Source: Anthoceros angustus (Eukaryota; Plantae; Anthocerotophyta). Taken from it: a DNA stretch of 64,000 nucleotides. Numbering within the stretch: the stretch's first letter is position 1; each line of letters opens with the position of its first letter. Made by a program: the position numbers and the translations under genes. Below the pieces are notes generated by a model. That model was not told where the DNA came from and did no database searches. It saw only the letters and a list, made by a program, of their open reading frames with translations. Shown here one piece after another: positions 38,331 through 51,400 of the stretch. The DNA is taken from NCBI GenBank assembly GCA_010909165.1, contig MU008177.1, positions 1 through 64,000 of the forward strand. The letters are read 5' to 3'.

Positions 38331-38663
38331 TCCTTGGTGATGGGCCTGGGCACATCACAAGTGCTGGAAGACCTCCTCAGAGGCGAGAGAAGCAAATTGG
38401 TGGCTCAGGATTATCTCACAAAGGTGGTGGCAATAGTGCCCTTATTAGTGGTGGGTCGCCCTAAGGAGGGAGGGGAGGGACTCGCCAGGAAGGAACAGGT
38501 GGGCCCTCTAATCACAGTGCAGGTATTATTTGAGGTCGGGACCGGAAGAGACCTCCCAGAGGTGGTGCTGGCTCGTATATTTGGAACCCTGTTCTTTCTC
38601 ACAAAATACATGGTGCCAGATATCGAAGCTCAGGGCTTCATGCTGTTGTGTCAGCAAAGTGTG
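36508..38663 (+). repeat. Tandem duplication of about 1.08 kb (36508-37581 / 37582-38663)
   Basis: Both copies start GTTGCTGCTTTTGAGG and end CAGCAAAGTGTG, differing by small indels. Confidence 0.93.
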
Positions 38664-39100
38664 CTGATTTGCTGCTCTTACCTCGCGTTTTCCAGGTACC
38701 TCGCGGGTAAGACACGATGCAAGATGGGTGGCCAGGGATACGAGGTGACATGGGTACCCTATCCTTTTTCCTTGCGGATGGATATTGCTCACAGGCACAT
38801 ACTACCCTCAGGTAGGCAGGCATATTTATGTTGGAGCCAATGTCGCAATATTCACGACGGTGGGCATTTCAAGTCGGGGTAGAGGGACTTGTGACATGGT
38901 AAGTGAACCTAACGATTACCAATGTGTACACGCCCCACTCAAATGTCACAGCTGCTCCGTAATGAGGCCGGGTTAACACGAGGGTGGTCATGACCACCTT
39001 TTCAGGGATTGGAGAGCTGGGATTGGGTGTTGCTCGTAAACCCCTTATACACTACCCGGTCATGCCATGGTGACATGGTAAGTTGTCTCACTTCTGAAAG

Positions 39101-39130
39101 CTGTCAGTAGCTGCCGGCAGCTACTGACAG
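39101..39130. other. Perfect 30-bp palindrome CTGTCAGTAGCTGCCGGCAGCTACTGACAG
   Basis: The sequence equals its own reverse complement. Confidence 0.95.
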
Positions 39131-39649
39131 GATTTGGTTGTGGCACACTCAAAAACTTCTGGTATGTAGACACGTGGCATTTTTCAGGACTTTACGATGG
39201 TGAATGATTTATCTTTTTACGTTCTGTTCGGACACTCCGTTCACCATGTCGTCCACCCTATTGACTCGCTTCATTTTGTAGCGGGAAGTGCACCTTCTTC
39301 TTAAGTCGTGAACCTTATTTAGAAACCATTGTTTTGCTTAAGCAAGGCAGACATGGATCCATTTCTGCGTTAGCATATGTCCTCGTGTTGGTTTCAGTGG
39401 TCAATATCAAGCAAGGGAGCGGTTTCGTAGAAGGCTCACAAATAAGTGACTTCTCGCAAGGCTCACAAGTGAGCAGTTTTTCTTCTGCCAACAACTTTCC
39501 ATTGCCTTACACAGCGCCCATCCTTGGGGCGTTAGCTATTGGTAATTCCTTGCTACCTCTTGCTATACGGGGGTCGCCAGCGGGCCTTTATTTGCAAGTG
39601 CATCCAGCATCTCAGTCTGGAGGCAATTAGCTCCATTAGAATGAAGATT

Positions 39650-40451
39650 GCGTGCAAATTGTACTTGTCCCCACCAAACGACGCCTTCGTGGAGTGAAGG
39701 AGCCAAGTGTGAAGGCAGAAGCTGAATCTTTGACAGGCAGCAAGAGGGCAGATGCATGGAAAGAGCACCATATGATAAACCATGGGATGCAGGCCGAATT
39801 TGACAAGTCACCAAAACAAGGTATTTTAGCTTTTGCTACAGTTCAAGCTCGCACAGCCATAAAACTCAACTTGTGGTCTTACAATCTTCTCGGTCCCTAC
39901 AGAAATTGATATTTGGAGCAAGGTGGCTACAACAATAGCTGCGACTTGCCATGATTTCGACAAGAATTCAGAGGCATGTAGGCAGAAGTGGAAATTAATT
40001 TATAAGGAGTACAATGTGGACAAGGCTCACAATGCCATATCAGGCAACGACAGGCCTAAACAATGTGCATGGTTTGACATTGTTGACCTCTACATCCATA
40101 ACCGTGCTCACGTTGTGTGTGAGGCTCATGCCTCTTCACACAAGAGGGTTAAGTGTGGAAGATTCATCGATGAGCGGAGTCAGCAATGAAGACATGGTCA
40201 AAAAGAGGAGGATTGGTCAAGATAATGCATGTGATGCTATCAATCTCTTCAGTTTCATGTCCCAAAAATTGGAAGCCCTGGAGGAAAAGAAAGTGGCATT
40301 GTTAGAGAGTTTAGTGGCCACTGTGTCCACAAGATTGAAAAATCAGCCTTATATAGAACAAGCTCTATTGAGATACATAAGCGGATTGAATGCTGATCAC
40401 AATTCTTATCACAAGACTCTAAATCTGTGTCTTCCAAAAAAACTAACCTAA
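39650..40451 (+). pseudogene. Myb/SANT (trihelix-like) DNA-binding ORF of a PIF/Harbinger transposon
   Basis: KRADAWKEH...|IDIWSKVA...DKNSEACRQKWKLIYKEY...CAWFDIVD, with a probable intron at about 39821-39902. Convergent with the transposase. Confidence 0.75.
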
Positions 40452-40699
40452 AATTCTTTTGGGTTCTGGTTTCATACAGAGCTCTAGCCATGTTCCGGAT
40501 TCGCTTCACTCTTGTTTAATATCCAGGCATCTCAACTTCGTCTTCCTGTTCCTCTCCGTGTGCAGATTGAACCCTGTGGACATTACCCCTACCATGACGC
40601 ACCCCATTCAATTCATGTAGAGTTTCTCGAGCTGCTCTTGTGGCCTCCTCATCATCATCCATATCATGAACACATGAATATGCTGCCTCTTCTAGCAAG

Positions 40700-41800
40700 C
40701 TTGATCGAATGCGTCCTTATGGATGATGCACATACTGTATAGAATTAAACATGCCTGAACGACAACAGGGATGTTTTGCAGCTCCATGTCCAATCTTTTT
40801 AGCAGACACCTCTACCTCGCTTTCAAGATTCCAAATGCTCTTTCTACAGCCATCCTGGTGGAACTTTGAACAAAGTTCCAATGTTCCTGCTCTGGTGTCT
40901 GTCCGTTCTTAGATCTTTTATAAGGAGTCAACATGTACAACATGTGCCAGTAGTCTGTATCTCCGACTAGAAAATAATGTCTCAGCTTGCCTGCATCACA
41001 TTTTTGTCCAACCTTAGATCTGGTGAACAAGTTCAAATCATTGAGACTGCCTGCCCATCCATAGTCGTAATCACACTTGTTTGAGATAATTTGCAGTCAT
41101 GGTTAACTGAAGAAGTTGAGAGTAGAACCCTTTTCTGTTATAGTAATCCCCCTTGTTTTTGCGAGGAGGAATAATGGGGATGTGACTCCCATACGATACC
41201 TTGGAATTGAAGGAACTCTCATGCATATGCAGCCATTTTGCTCTTTCCAGGCCACAAGATGTAGGTATCGTGCAATTTGGAAACCAAGGCTCTGCAGAAT
41301 TCCAAAGTAGCATTACAAACTTCAGTTTTGCTGTATCCATAGCAGTCGCTAAGAGTTTGAAAATTGTCTCCAGTGGCCAGCCTCCTGAGGGCCATCGCAA
41401 CTCTTGCATCCACAGGAATTTTGTTCCTGAATTTCGTAGCTCCCTGCAAGCTCGTGAGAGAAGCACACTTAATTGCCACAGCCCTGAAAGAAGCTCACCT
41501 TCGCTGCCCGATGATATGGTTGCTTAGCCTCGTCATGCGATCGCTTGCGGTGCCAGGCGCGACCCTTGAAATTTCTTCTTTTACTCTCGTGTGGGACAAT
41601 GTCGAGGAACGATAATATTCATCTGTGAATAAGCGAGGCGGCTTTTCAATGAATAAAGCTGTAACGGCGGGAACATGGGAACGAAATGATCACGCCATTT
41701 TCCACAAAAATGCTTCAAAATTACGGTTGCTTTGTGTGCGAGAAGCCGGATAATGTCATGACATAGGCTGGAAAAGGGATATACAACCTCGATGGGCACA
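40700..41800 (-). mobile_element. PIF/Harbinger DDE transposase (HARBI1-like), decayed
   Basis: RVAMALRRLATG, HIPIIPP...YYNRKGFYS, YDYGWAGSLND, LVGD...LTPY and STRMAVERAFGILKAR. Frameshifted; TIRs not identified. Confidence 0.88.
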
Positions 41801-42118
41801 CATTTGCCTTGAAATAATGCCCATACATGACATTACATTGGTGGCGTGAAGAGGGCAGAGAGGCCTCTTGCTATTCATTCGATCGTAAAGGGTATATGAT
41901 TTTGGAAAAACCGTTTTAATGAGGGAGTAATAACTATTGGAGATGACAATGAAAATTCAACATGCGGTGCAAGTCCACTGTTTCCATCTTCAATCAAGAC
42001 AATGCAATTTGTTTCCATGCCTTGTGTGTTTTGTACTGTCGAGTCTCACACTTCATGGATGGGTGCTATCAAAGAAAAACAATCGGCAAGGGAACAAAAG
42101 TCTCAGAAGAGTGAGAGA

Positions 42119-42830
42119 TTGACTTACCTTAGAGAGAACTTTTGGACGCATGGACTCGAGAAATTCCGCCCGACAAACATTGAAACATATGGATATTGAG
42201 GCATGCGGGGAGGTATTGTCAATGGGCGCGGCATGCGGCGCCTCCATATTATATCTTCTGACGGTAGAAACAAGTGACTTACCTTGGGCGGAACTCGTGG
42301 GCATGGTCCCAGCGAAATGCCGTCCCATCGACAAGCGTTGTAACATATGCGGAGTGAGCGTGCAGGCGGTGTAAGCGGCGAGGCATGCGGCGCCTCCATT
42401 ACACCTAACAGAAACAAGTGACTTACCTTGGAAGAACTAGGGACACATGGACCAAATGCCGTCCCATCGACAAGCGTTGAAACATATGAGGAGGAGCATG
42501 CGGGCTAGGGTATTGTCGGTGGAGGCGCCGCATGCCGCTGCCTCCACTATATATTTTCTACAAGCAGTGAAACAAGTGACTTACCTTGCAGAACTCGTGG
42601 ACGCATGGCCCATGAAATGCCATCCGAGCGTTTAAACACATGAGGAGTGGCTGTAGAGGCGGTGGGCGGTGGGCGCCCGGCATGCGGCGCCTCCACCACT
42701 ACAAGCAATAGAAACAAGTGACTAACCTTGGACAGAACTAGGAACACATGGACCCATGAAATGCCATCCCATGTGACAAATGTTCAAACATGAGGTGAGC
42801 GGCGAGGCTAGGGTATTGTCAATGATGGCG
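42119..42830 (-). repeat. Diverged array of about 150 bp x5 with alternating A-B-A-B-A variants
   Basis: Core GACT(T/A)ACCTT at 42121, 42276, 42420, 42578 and 42720 (the last four preceded by GAAACAAGT). Spacing 142-158 bp. Confidence 0.85.
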
Positions 42831-42881
42831 CCCATCTTAAGTTACCCTCCAGTATTTTGGAAGACAAGCGGTAGACCACGT

Positions 42882-44140
42882 TGTGGGCTACGGACTTCCA
42901 TGGGGTTAGGAAATAAGTGGGGTTTTGTTTTCGTAGGTCCAAGAGTAAAATAAGTGGGAAAAGGAGGAACAAGCGCGACGGCGTTCCGGACATGCTCCGG
43001 AGTATACTCGGACTGAGTGATGTAGACCACAGTACCACTCTGACGAGTTACCTGCATACGGGGGTATCGGGATAAGTCCGGACCCCACTCCGGGTCAAAA
43101 CAGGATAAGTACGCCAGGGAAAGTAATTTAGAAGTTGAGTCGTGAAGACAGACTGAGCGGCGCCACGTGGACGGCCCTGAGTGGAGGTCGGGCATGCAGC
43201 AGGCCAGGACCGTAGCCTTGCCAGGGGCCGTTATAAGCAGGTATTCACGCCCCGCGGACTGTGCGGCAGCGTAAGGCCAGAGTACGCGGCGGCGTAAGGC
43301 CAGAGTAAGCCATGCAGACCTCTAGCGATTCTGGACGAGGAAGAGGCACCTCCGCCGTTACTTCAGCAAGCGCCGACGAGGAGGTCATTTCTGTGCGACC
43401 TCGGGAATTCTGCGGTCTCTTGCATAACCACCTCTGCGCTATCTCTCCGACGCTCAGGCATCTTGCGTCACTCACGTTGGAGTTGGAGCGTGAGCCGTGA
43501 AGAGGCGTCGTGCCGCCGATCTCGGACAATCGCTCAGGAGAAAGGAGAAGAAGGCGATGGGACCCAGAAACATGAGGTATGGGAGCCATGGAACGGTAGA
43601 GCGCAACATTGTAACCCGCTATCAGGACTTTGGGCCGTGGCTGGAGGAGGCGGGAGGATTGGTCGAAGAGTGGCACCTAGACGTGTTCCAGGCTGTCTGG
43701 ACATTTGACAGTGTCACCCTGGTCCGGGAGTTCGCCCGGAAGATGTTGGCAGCGGCCAACAAGGAGGTTCGATCCAAGAACCTCCGGAGGATCCCAGGAG
43801 GTGGACCTTGGAGGTCCTGAGGGCGGCTTACAACCGCCCAGCGGAGGAGGTTGGGGGCGTAGTCCCAGAACCCCTCAAGGCGAGGGGAAAGATAGGCGGC
43901 CAGGCGGCGTCCGGAGCCGGGCAACAAGCAATGGTGGTTGATGTCGGACTTGCTGGGCCGGAAGGGTGAGCAAGCGTTGGCCCGGATCATTGTCCACTGG
44001 AACTTGCTCACCAAGGTGGATCACCTTGGTGACAATTTATTGGTGTTCACATCATGTGCGCAAGGCAAGAAAATGGCCCAGGAAGGATCATCTTAGCGAG
44101 TTCAGCCGGAGGCCCACAAGATGAGGAGGCGAGAAGCCAC
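42882..44140 (+). mobile_element. Truncated family-B accessory-ORF element
   Basis: Homologous to 57150-58380: KMLAAANKEVRSKNLR and RIIVHWNLLTKVDHLGDNL. Confidence 0.7.
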
Positions 44141-44149
44141 CTCAAGTCG

Positions 44150-45892
44150 GGACTATCCCCATACCTGATTTCCCAATCCGGCTTGGCTCCCATGGAAATC
44201 TTCCACAAAAAGCGGAAGAAGTTGGTGTAAATAAGAAGTCCTTTGGTAATTCAACCCCTAATCTTTAGCAAGAGCCTCCACTTGACTCTTTGATGCTATA
44301 CGGTTTTCCAGCCATTCTTGGCATGGGCCTTCACTCCTCCGTCCATCGTCGAGGAGCTCCTGCGGAATTCGGAGAGGGCCGTCCTCTTTCCTCCATTCGT
44401 CCTCTCGAGGAGAGCAATTCCAGAGCCCTCCTCCTCCGGTCTCCCATACACCTGTCGAATGCTCTTGACGGTCCAGCAGCGGGGATCCGTTCGAGCATTT
44501 CTCTCCGGTAATGCGGCAAGGGCTGCCTCTGACTGATGGAGATTGATGAGGCACTCCTCAATCAACTCCAAATTAGTGTAGGCCCATTGGCGGCCATACA
44601 CCCATCCCAATTGGATGTTCTCCTCTTCCGCCCACTACCGAAAATCAACCAAGTCTCTGGGGTTGAGCTGCCCTGCAAAGCACGTAAATTGAGGCATCAA
44701 AAGCTCGCCTCCTCCTGGCGGTGCAGTCTCTGCTGCTGGCTTTTTGCCCTTTCCTCCCTTCGAGGAGGAACCTTTGGCAGGCGGTTCCTTCCCTTTGCCT
44801 TTTCCTGCTCGAGGCATGGCGATGCCTTCCTTCCCAAATGTTTCGAGGTGTGGAAGAGATTATTTCCCAATTCAGACACTAGCAACCTCAGGCTTTGCTC
44901 CCAAGTGCTCTCCTTCTCCGACTAGCAGTTAGGGCCCAGCTGAAACACCACGGCAAGGTTAATTCTGGTCAGGCTCCTCAGCCGCTGCGAATCGCTCTCT
45001 CGCTTCCTCCTTCCAAAGGCGCCCTCGACAGCTCAGCTCTGTACCCCTGGTCAAGCCGCGTCACTCTTGGTGCTCCAACTTTCAACGCCAGCCTCCCTTG
45101 GTGTTTTCCCAGCAGCTCCTGGCGCTTTTTCACGCTCCACAGTGACTGCCTCTTCTCCACCTCCTTTCCCTTTCCTTCTTCGCCAATCGCATGGAGCTAG
45201 GGTTTCCTTCTAGCTTTCAACGCACACACAGCCCGTCTTCTTCTCGCGCGCCGCCTTCCTTCCCCTGGCGACGATGGCGATGGCAGACTTCCTTCTCCCC
45301 TCTTGCGTTTACGCTCCAGCTCCAGTCTCGCGAAGTGAAGTTGTCTCAGTTCGAAGGGAAAGTTGGCGCTGCCCAAATTGCACTTTGCCCTCCCTGGATG
45401 TCTGCCACCTGGAGGCTTCTCAACCCTAGATTTGATTCATCATTCCAAAATCCTAATCCTATCTAATCTATTTTTACATTCGCTATTGAATTAATAAACA
45501 CTAATTACCCTATATGTTTATTCCCCTATTGGTGAGCATATATAGTGGATATCCCCTATATTCATTGCTTTTCGAGATCCGTCGACCTACCGCGGTAGTC
45601 TGACTTCACCATGTACCTCCTTCTCGACCTACCGACATAGTGTGGCGACCTCGATGGTAGTACATGACCTACCGCCTTTCGGTTGCCATTACTGCCCAGC
45701 AGGGGTCGTTTGACCCGTTCTTTATCCTGGGATATCTTCTTCGACTTCCTAACAATATCCTACAACTTCAGCTTCAAGGTTCTCAGAAAATTTCCTGGCA
45801 TGCTCCCCTTCAATCATTTTTAGCCAAAAAAAATCAAACTTGTTTGCCTTCTGGCTCTTTTGGACTGGTTGCCCAAACTTTTGCGTTCCACA
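44150..45892 (-). mobile_element. Family-H element, terminal 1.7 kb (terminus TGTGGAACGC on the minus strand)
   Basis: MPRAGKGKGK...FTCFAGQLNPRDLVDFR. Carries the uninterrupted T1 target site at 44172-44210. TATA-like CTATATAT near 45540. Confidence 0.8.
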
Positions 45893-46950
45893 ACAGTACT
45901 GATGAGATTTCAGCGTTGAAGTCAAAGTTGAATGCTCACTTTGAAATAGATGACTTGGGATAGGCGAGCCATATACTTGGCATGCGTATTCGTGACGAGA
46001 CATATGCCTTTATTTGTCTCGAGACGGAATACATTAACGGTGCTTCAACGTTTCAACATGGAGAAGGGAAGCCATTGGGTACTCCATTGCCTCCATATGT
46101 GAAACTTTCAAGCTCGGATTGCCCAAGCTTTGAGGAGGACAAAATGAAATGGAGAAGGTCCCATACTCATCAGTGTGGGGAGTTTGATGTATGCAATGAT
46201 TGCTACACGTCCGACATTGCCTTTGCGGTGGGAGTGGTTAGCGAGTTTATGTCAAACCATGGCAAGAAGCATTGGGAGGCAGTAAAAGGAGTTATGAGGT
46301 ATCTGAATGGTACAAAAGCTTTGTGCATATGTTTTGGTAGTGAAGATGCATGTGTGGTTGGGTACACAGCTACTGATTATGCAAGGGATATGGACAAAAG
46401 AAGGTCCACATCAGGTTATGTCTTCACGTGCATTGGAGGGGCAGTCTCATGGCGATCTCGTTTGCAGTCATGCATTACGCTATCTACGGGCGAGTATGTT
46501 GCGACAGAGGCTTGCAGGGAAGCCATATGGCTTGCTCGCTTTGAGGAGGACAAAGCTGAAATGGAGAAGGTCCCATACTCATACCGTAGGGAGTTTGATG
46601 TATGCAATGATTGCTACACGTCCCCATATTGCCTTTGCGGTGGGAGTGGTTAGTGTGTTTATGTCAAACCTCGCAAGAAGCATTGGGAGGCAGAAAAGGA
46701 GTTATGAGGTATCCGAATGGTACAAAAGCTTTGTGCATATGTTTTGGTAGTGAAGATGCATGTGTGGTTGGGTACAGTACACCGATTATGCAAGGATATA
46801 ATAAAAAAGAAGGTCCACATCGTTATGTCTTCACGCACTGGAGGCGCCTCATGGCGATCTCGTTTGCGGTCATGCATTACGCCATCTACCATGCAGAGGC
46901 TTAGTATGTTATGTAGGCTTGCAAGGAAGCCATATGGCTTGCTCGTTTAG
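45893..46950 (+). mobile_element. Ty1/copia RT-RNase H remnant with an internal duplication of about 0.4 kb
   Basis: STDEISALKSKLNAHFEIDDLG, GSLMYAMIATRP, HWEAVKGVMRYL and RRSTSGYVF...GGAVSWRSRLQS. Confidence 0.9.
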
Positions 46951-48472
46951 TGAGGAGATTCTAAATTCACTTTGTACTCGAGAGAGTGGCAACATAATGA
47001 TTTCAAATAAAATACTATTGAACTCACCTTATGATTTTCATTAATATACTAACAAAGGCACTTCCTCATAATAAATATGCATACCATGTTGCTTGGGATG
47101 GACATACATGAGACGGTGTAAGACTTCTACACACTAAATAAGAGAAAATTTTGGGAGTGTTGGATTTTCGTTCAAAAATATATCAAGGAGTGCAATTCAA
47201 TAATTCGTCAAACTTGACTTTTCTTTATAGACAACATCCTACACACGATTTTGAAAATGACAATCATATGAGAAGATGTATATAAAAAGCCCTCGTATTC
47301 TTCCACGACATCTAAATTACGTTGTATGTATATTGATCTAGGTGAAATGCTATAATTGAATCCCCAAACACAGCCATGCCTCTTTTGAGAGGACCACTCC
47401 TTCCCTTGATTGGGAATGCTGTGACTGACCACCAATAGATCCAATAGGGATGTCAACTGCAGCTCTACTACACGTTATTGTACTCGTGTCAAGACTACAA
47501 ATAGAAAATATCACATCGCAATTCTTTCCATTATTCCATATATCATTAATTACACGCCCAAACTCCACTTGTTATTTGTCCAATTGGATCCATCGACATT
47601 ATGCTTGTTGTTGAAGAAACAACTCACGCATTCCACATAGATAAACTAAGTTCTTACTTATCAAAAATTATTCCGTAATTCACAAAAGAAAATGCATTTC
47701 ACATATCTATCCAAATTCCAAACCCACCACCAAAATTAGCCCGCCCTACCAAGCAAGCATCAAGTCACCAAGCACACAGACGTAGATTTGCTCCAAGAAA
47801 TATATCATGCAACACGATCTACTATCAACGGTACATACTTGAGAGAAGATGAAATGTCAGATTGTCATGAGTATAACACATTTGACTCAATATGGTTAGA
47901 CGTCCTAACATATCTTCCACGAGGAGTTGAATAACCACTCACTCCTAGAATAACAAACATTGTCAAAGCAACAAAAAATATACATTGGAATTAGTTTTAT
48001 CATTTTAAATCACTCTACTTAAAAGATAAAAAGAAAATGATAACCATAGAAATAAATTATAGAATTCACACATGCTTCCGCTTATAGTTAGCATTATTAC
48101 TAGGAAACTTTTCCAACAACAATCAAAACAATGAAAATCTCATACATACTCGAGATAGTGGAAGTTGGTGTATTGCTCGTAGTGTACCGGGCATCCGGGT
48201 GAATTTGACTGTTAGTGCCCACATGCGCTTGGAGCTCAACAAAATTCTTGCCATCCACTACCATGGTGCCCATTGCCAAAGCAATAAAAACTAGCAAGAG
48301 AGTATAGATCGTCATATCTTTGAACTCAAGATACAAATAGAACTAAGGGATGGAAGCTTGACAAGTTTAGAAAATAGTTAAGTATTTTGTACCCCAGGCA
48401 ATACATATATAGTACTAAATGATCATTTTACCTCGAAACCTAAGATCCAAATTTACTCGACGGTAACAAAAG

Positions 48473-51400
48473 TGTGGAACGCCAAATTTTGGGTCCACGG
48501 TTAGAAGAGAGGCGGATGCCTCCTAGTTTTGTTCATATTAGTTAGGTTTTATTTTTCTTTTTTCTTTTCTCACCAACGGATCATTGACGGAAGGCAGCAA
48601 GTGGCAAGTGAGAAGCGGGCGGACTTTGCTCCATCGGACGAGGAGGAAAACGGACCTAAAAGCGGGTCCAACGGTTAGAAAGGACGGAGGTCCGGGAGTC
48701 GGGAGAGGTTGGAGGTGGTGCGCGAGAGGAAGGTTCGCAGACCGAACCTGCAGAAGGAGGTTGGTGCGGGCCTAGTGGCGGCGGCGCCAGTCACCAGTTC
48801 GAACATGCAACGGAGTAAGGTTCTTACTCCAATGGAAGACGCAGCGAGAGGGTCTTCGCGAGTTGCGGTCAGCGCAATCTCCAACAGTGCGAGGTTGGAG
48901 GTGGTGCGCGAGAGGAAGGAGAAGCCCGAGAAGGAGAGGCGCAAGCACCAAGGAGGAGCGCGGCAAGCATATATAGTGAAATCATCCTTGGCCTCGGAGG
49001 AAATCAGCGCATCCTTGGCCGGAGGTTTGGACGGAAGACGAACAGCGCGGTTAGGGCTGCTGACGTGGCGGCGGGCCCTTTGCATGTCTGCTGATTTTTC
49101 TTCCTTGGCCTTTGGCAATTGGTGACGGAGAATTTCTTCCTTGGCCTTGATTGGTTGAGGAATTTCTTGTCCGTGAAGAGGAAAGGTCCTTGGCCTTGGA
49201 CGGGGAAATTTTCGTCCTTGGCCTTTGGGTGTGGAAAATCCTCCTCACCCTATATATGTGGGAGGAGTGTTTAGCTCATTTGAGTTGGTCGAGGACTAGA
49301 GGACGGAGCGGCGAGTCAGCCGGACGGACTGAAGAAACTTAGAAGAATTTGAGGAGAAAATCGGGCACAGGAGAAGGATTTTGGAGAAGATCGGTATCGG
49401 AAGTCGGAGATGAAGGCAATAGCCACGGAGGAGTGCGCAAGGCGTCCAGGAAGGAGGAGGGCGAGCTCGGAAGGAGAAGAAGAAGAAAAGCGAAGGAGAA
49501 GCCCAGAAGGATCGCCGAGAAGGAGGGGCCGATTTTTATGTTGTGCAAGTCTCCTCCGAGACTTATGGGATTTTCGATGTGGGCTCTTGACGAAAATGTG
49601 CAGCTCCAGTGGGTTTACGATAGGCATTGGGCCTATTCTAATGTGGAATTGGTTGAGTCTTGCTAGCTCGACGGCGGAGGGAGAAAGCAGAGGACTGACG
49701 GAGGAATGTGCGACGGATCCAAGGGATGGGTATCCGGCACATTCGTAAGGTATATGGGAGGCCAGAGAGCGAGGGTGATGGTGTGGCTCCCATGGAGAGG
49801 AATGAAGATGGAAGAAGCGTTGGTGGGCGGCCTTCGAGGAAGCTCTCGGCATGCTCATCGGAGGGATAGGCGAAGGCGGAATGGGTGGAGGATAAGATTG
49901 CCGACCTCAAGTGGAAGCTTTTACAAGGATAGTTTTGGGGTGACTGTCGGTGAACCACCTACTTGATGCATTCTTTCATTTCATGTGGAAGTCAAGCAAG
50001 GAGCTCACTGGGGACAACCATCTTGTGACCTATGAGCATCACCAAGACAAGCTCGAGGCCAAACATTGTGGATAATGAGGGGCGAGGCACCCATTTGAGT
50101 ACTTACCTTGTGCAATTATGGGGGCACATGGGTTACTGACGGAAGAGGAGCTGGAGGAGTCTTACCAGCCGTTTGAAGTGGTCCCTCTGAGGGATGGTAC
50201 AGGGGTCCCTCTCCCTAAGAAGGTGAAGAAGGCAGAGGAGGAACCCAAGGTGGAGCAAGGGAGTGCTTCACCTCAGGTGGTGATCTTGGATGATGAGACC
50301 ACCCCGGCGTCTGACGCCAAGGAAGAAGAGGTGCCTGTCGTCCAGGGGGAGACAGTGGCACAAAAGGAAGAGGTGGCAGTGCCACCATGTGTCTGAGAGG
50401 CAACCCCATGGGCGGGTGGTGGAACTAACCCAGGAGATGACCGAGTCAGGAGTTCCACCATCGGTCGAGTGGAGGCGCTCACCAAGAGAAAGGCTCGAGT
50501 CGACCCGGAGGAATGAGAAGACAAAGGCTTTGAAGGATCTGCGACCATCTGGCTAATTGATACTCCATTAGTGAAGCAAGCCTTACGAAGTAGAGGAGTT
50601 GGAGGTGAGAGCCGTCGGGGACGGTAGGCGGCCCTCTGATCGGTGGGAGAAGGATAGCAAGGCTATCAAGGAGATGGCGTTGGCAAAGGGCCTAGTTGAC
50701 TGGAGAGAAGGTTGGGGCTCGGCAAGATTGAAGAACAGTGAGACAAGAAAGTAGGGAGCGAATGAAGGAAGTGGCTACCCTCAAAGATGCTCATCGGAGG
50801 GATAGACGCCAAGACGCTGAATGGCTGGAGGATGATAAGATTGCCGACCTCAAGTGGAAGCTTTTACAAGGATAGTTTTGACCACCGTCAATGAACCACC
50901 TACTTCAGGGCATTCTTTCATTTCATGTGGAAGTCAAGCAAGGAGCTCACCGACTGGGGACAACCATGTCGCCTATGAGCATCACCGAGACAAGTCAGAG
51001 GCCAAACATTGTGGATAATGAGGGGCGAGGCACCCATTTGAGTACTTACCTTGTGCAATTGTGGGGGCACATGGGTTAATCGACTAAGAAGAGCCGGAGG
51101 AGTCTTACCATTTGAAGTGGTCCCTCCGAGGGACTGACAGGGTCCCTCTCCTAAGAAGGTGAAGAAGGAGGAGGAACCCAAGGTGGAGCAAGGAGTGCTT
51201 CACCGTGTGGTGATCTTGGATGATGAGACCACCCCTGCCCCGACGCCAAGGAAGAGAAGTGCCTCGCTGTGGGGAGACAAAGGCACAAGAGGAAGAGGTG
51301 GCAGTGCCACCATGTGTACAGGAGGCAACCCCATGGAGTGGTGGTGGAACTAACCCACCCTGTGAGATGACCGAGTCAGGAGTTCCACCCAACATCGGCC

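Noticed and set aside
39300-42100. Harbinger terminal inverted repeats and TAA/TTA TSD
   Set aside because: No convincing TIR pair was found by eye, so the element ends are left undefined.
42119-42830. CRISPR-like repeat-spacer array
   Set aside because: The intervals between conserved cores are homologous to each other, so they are diverged satellite units rather than unique spacers.
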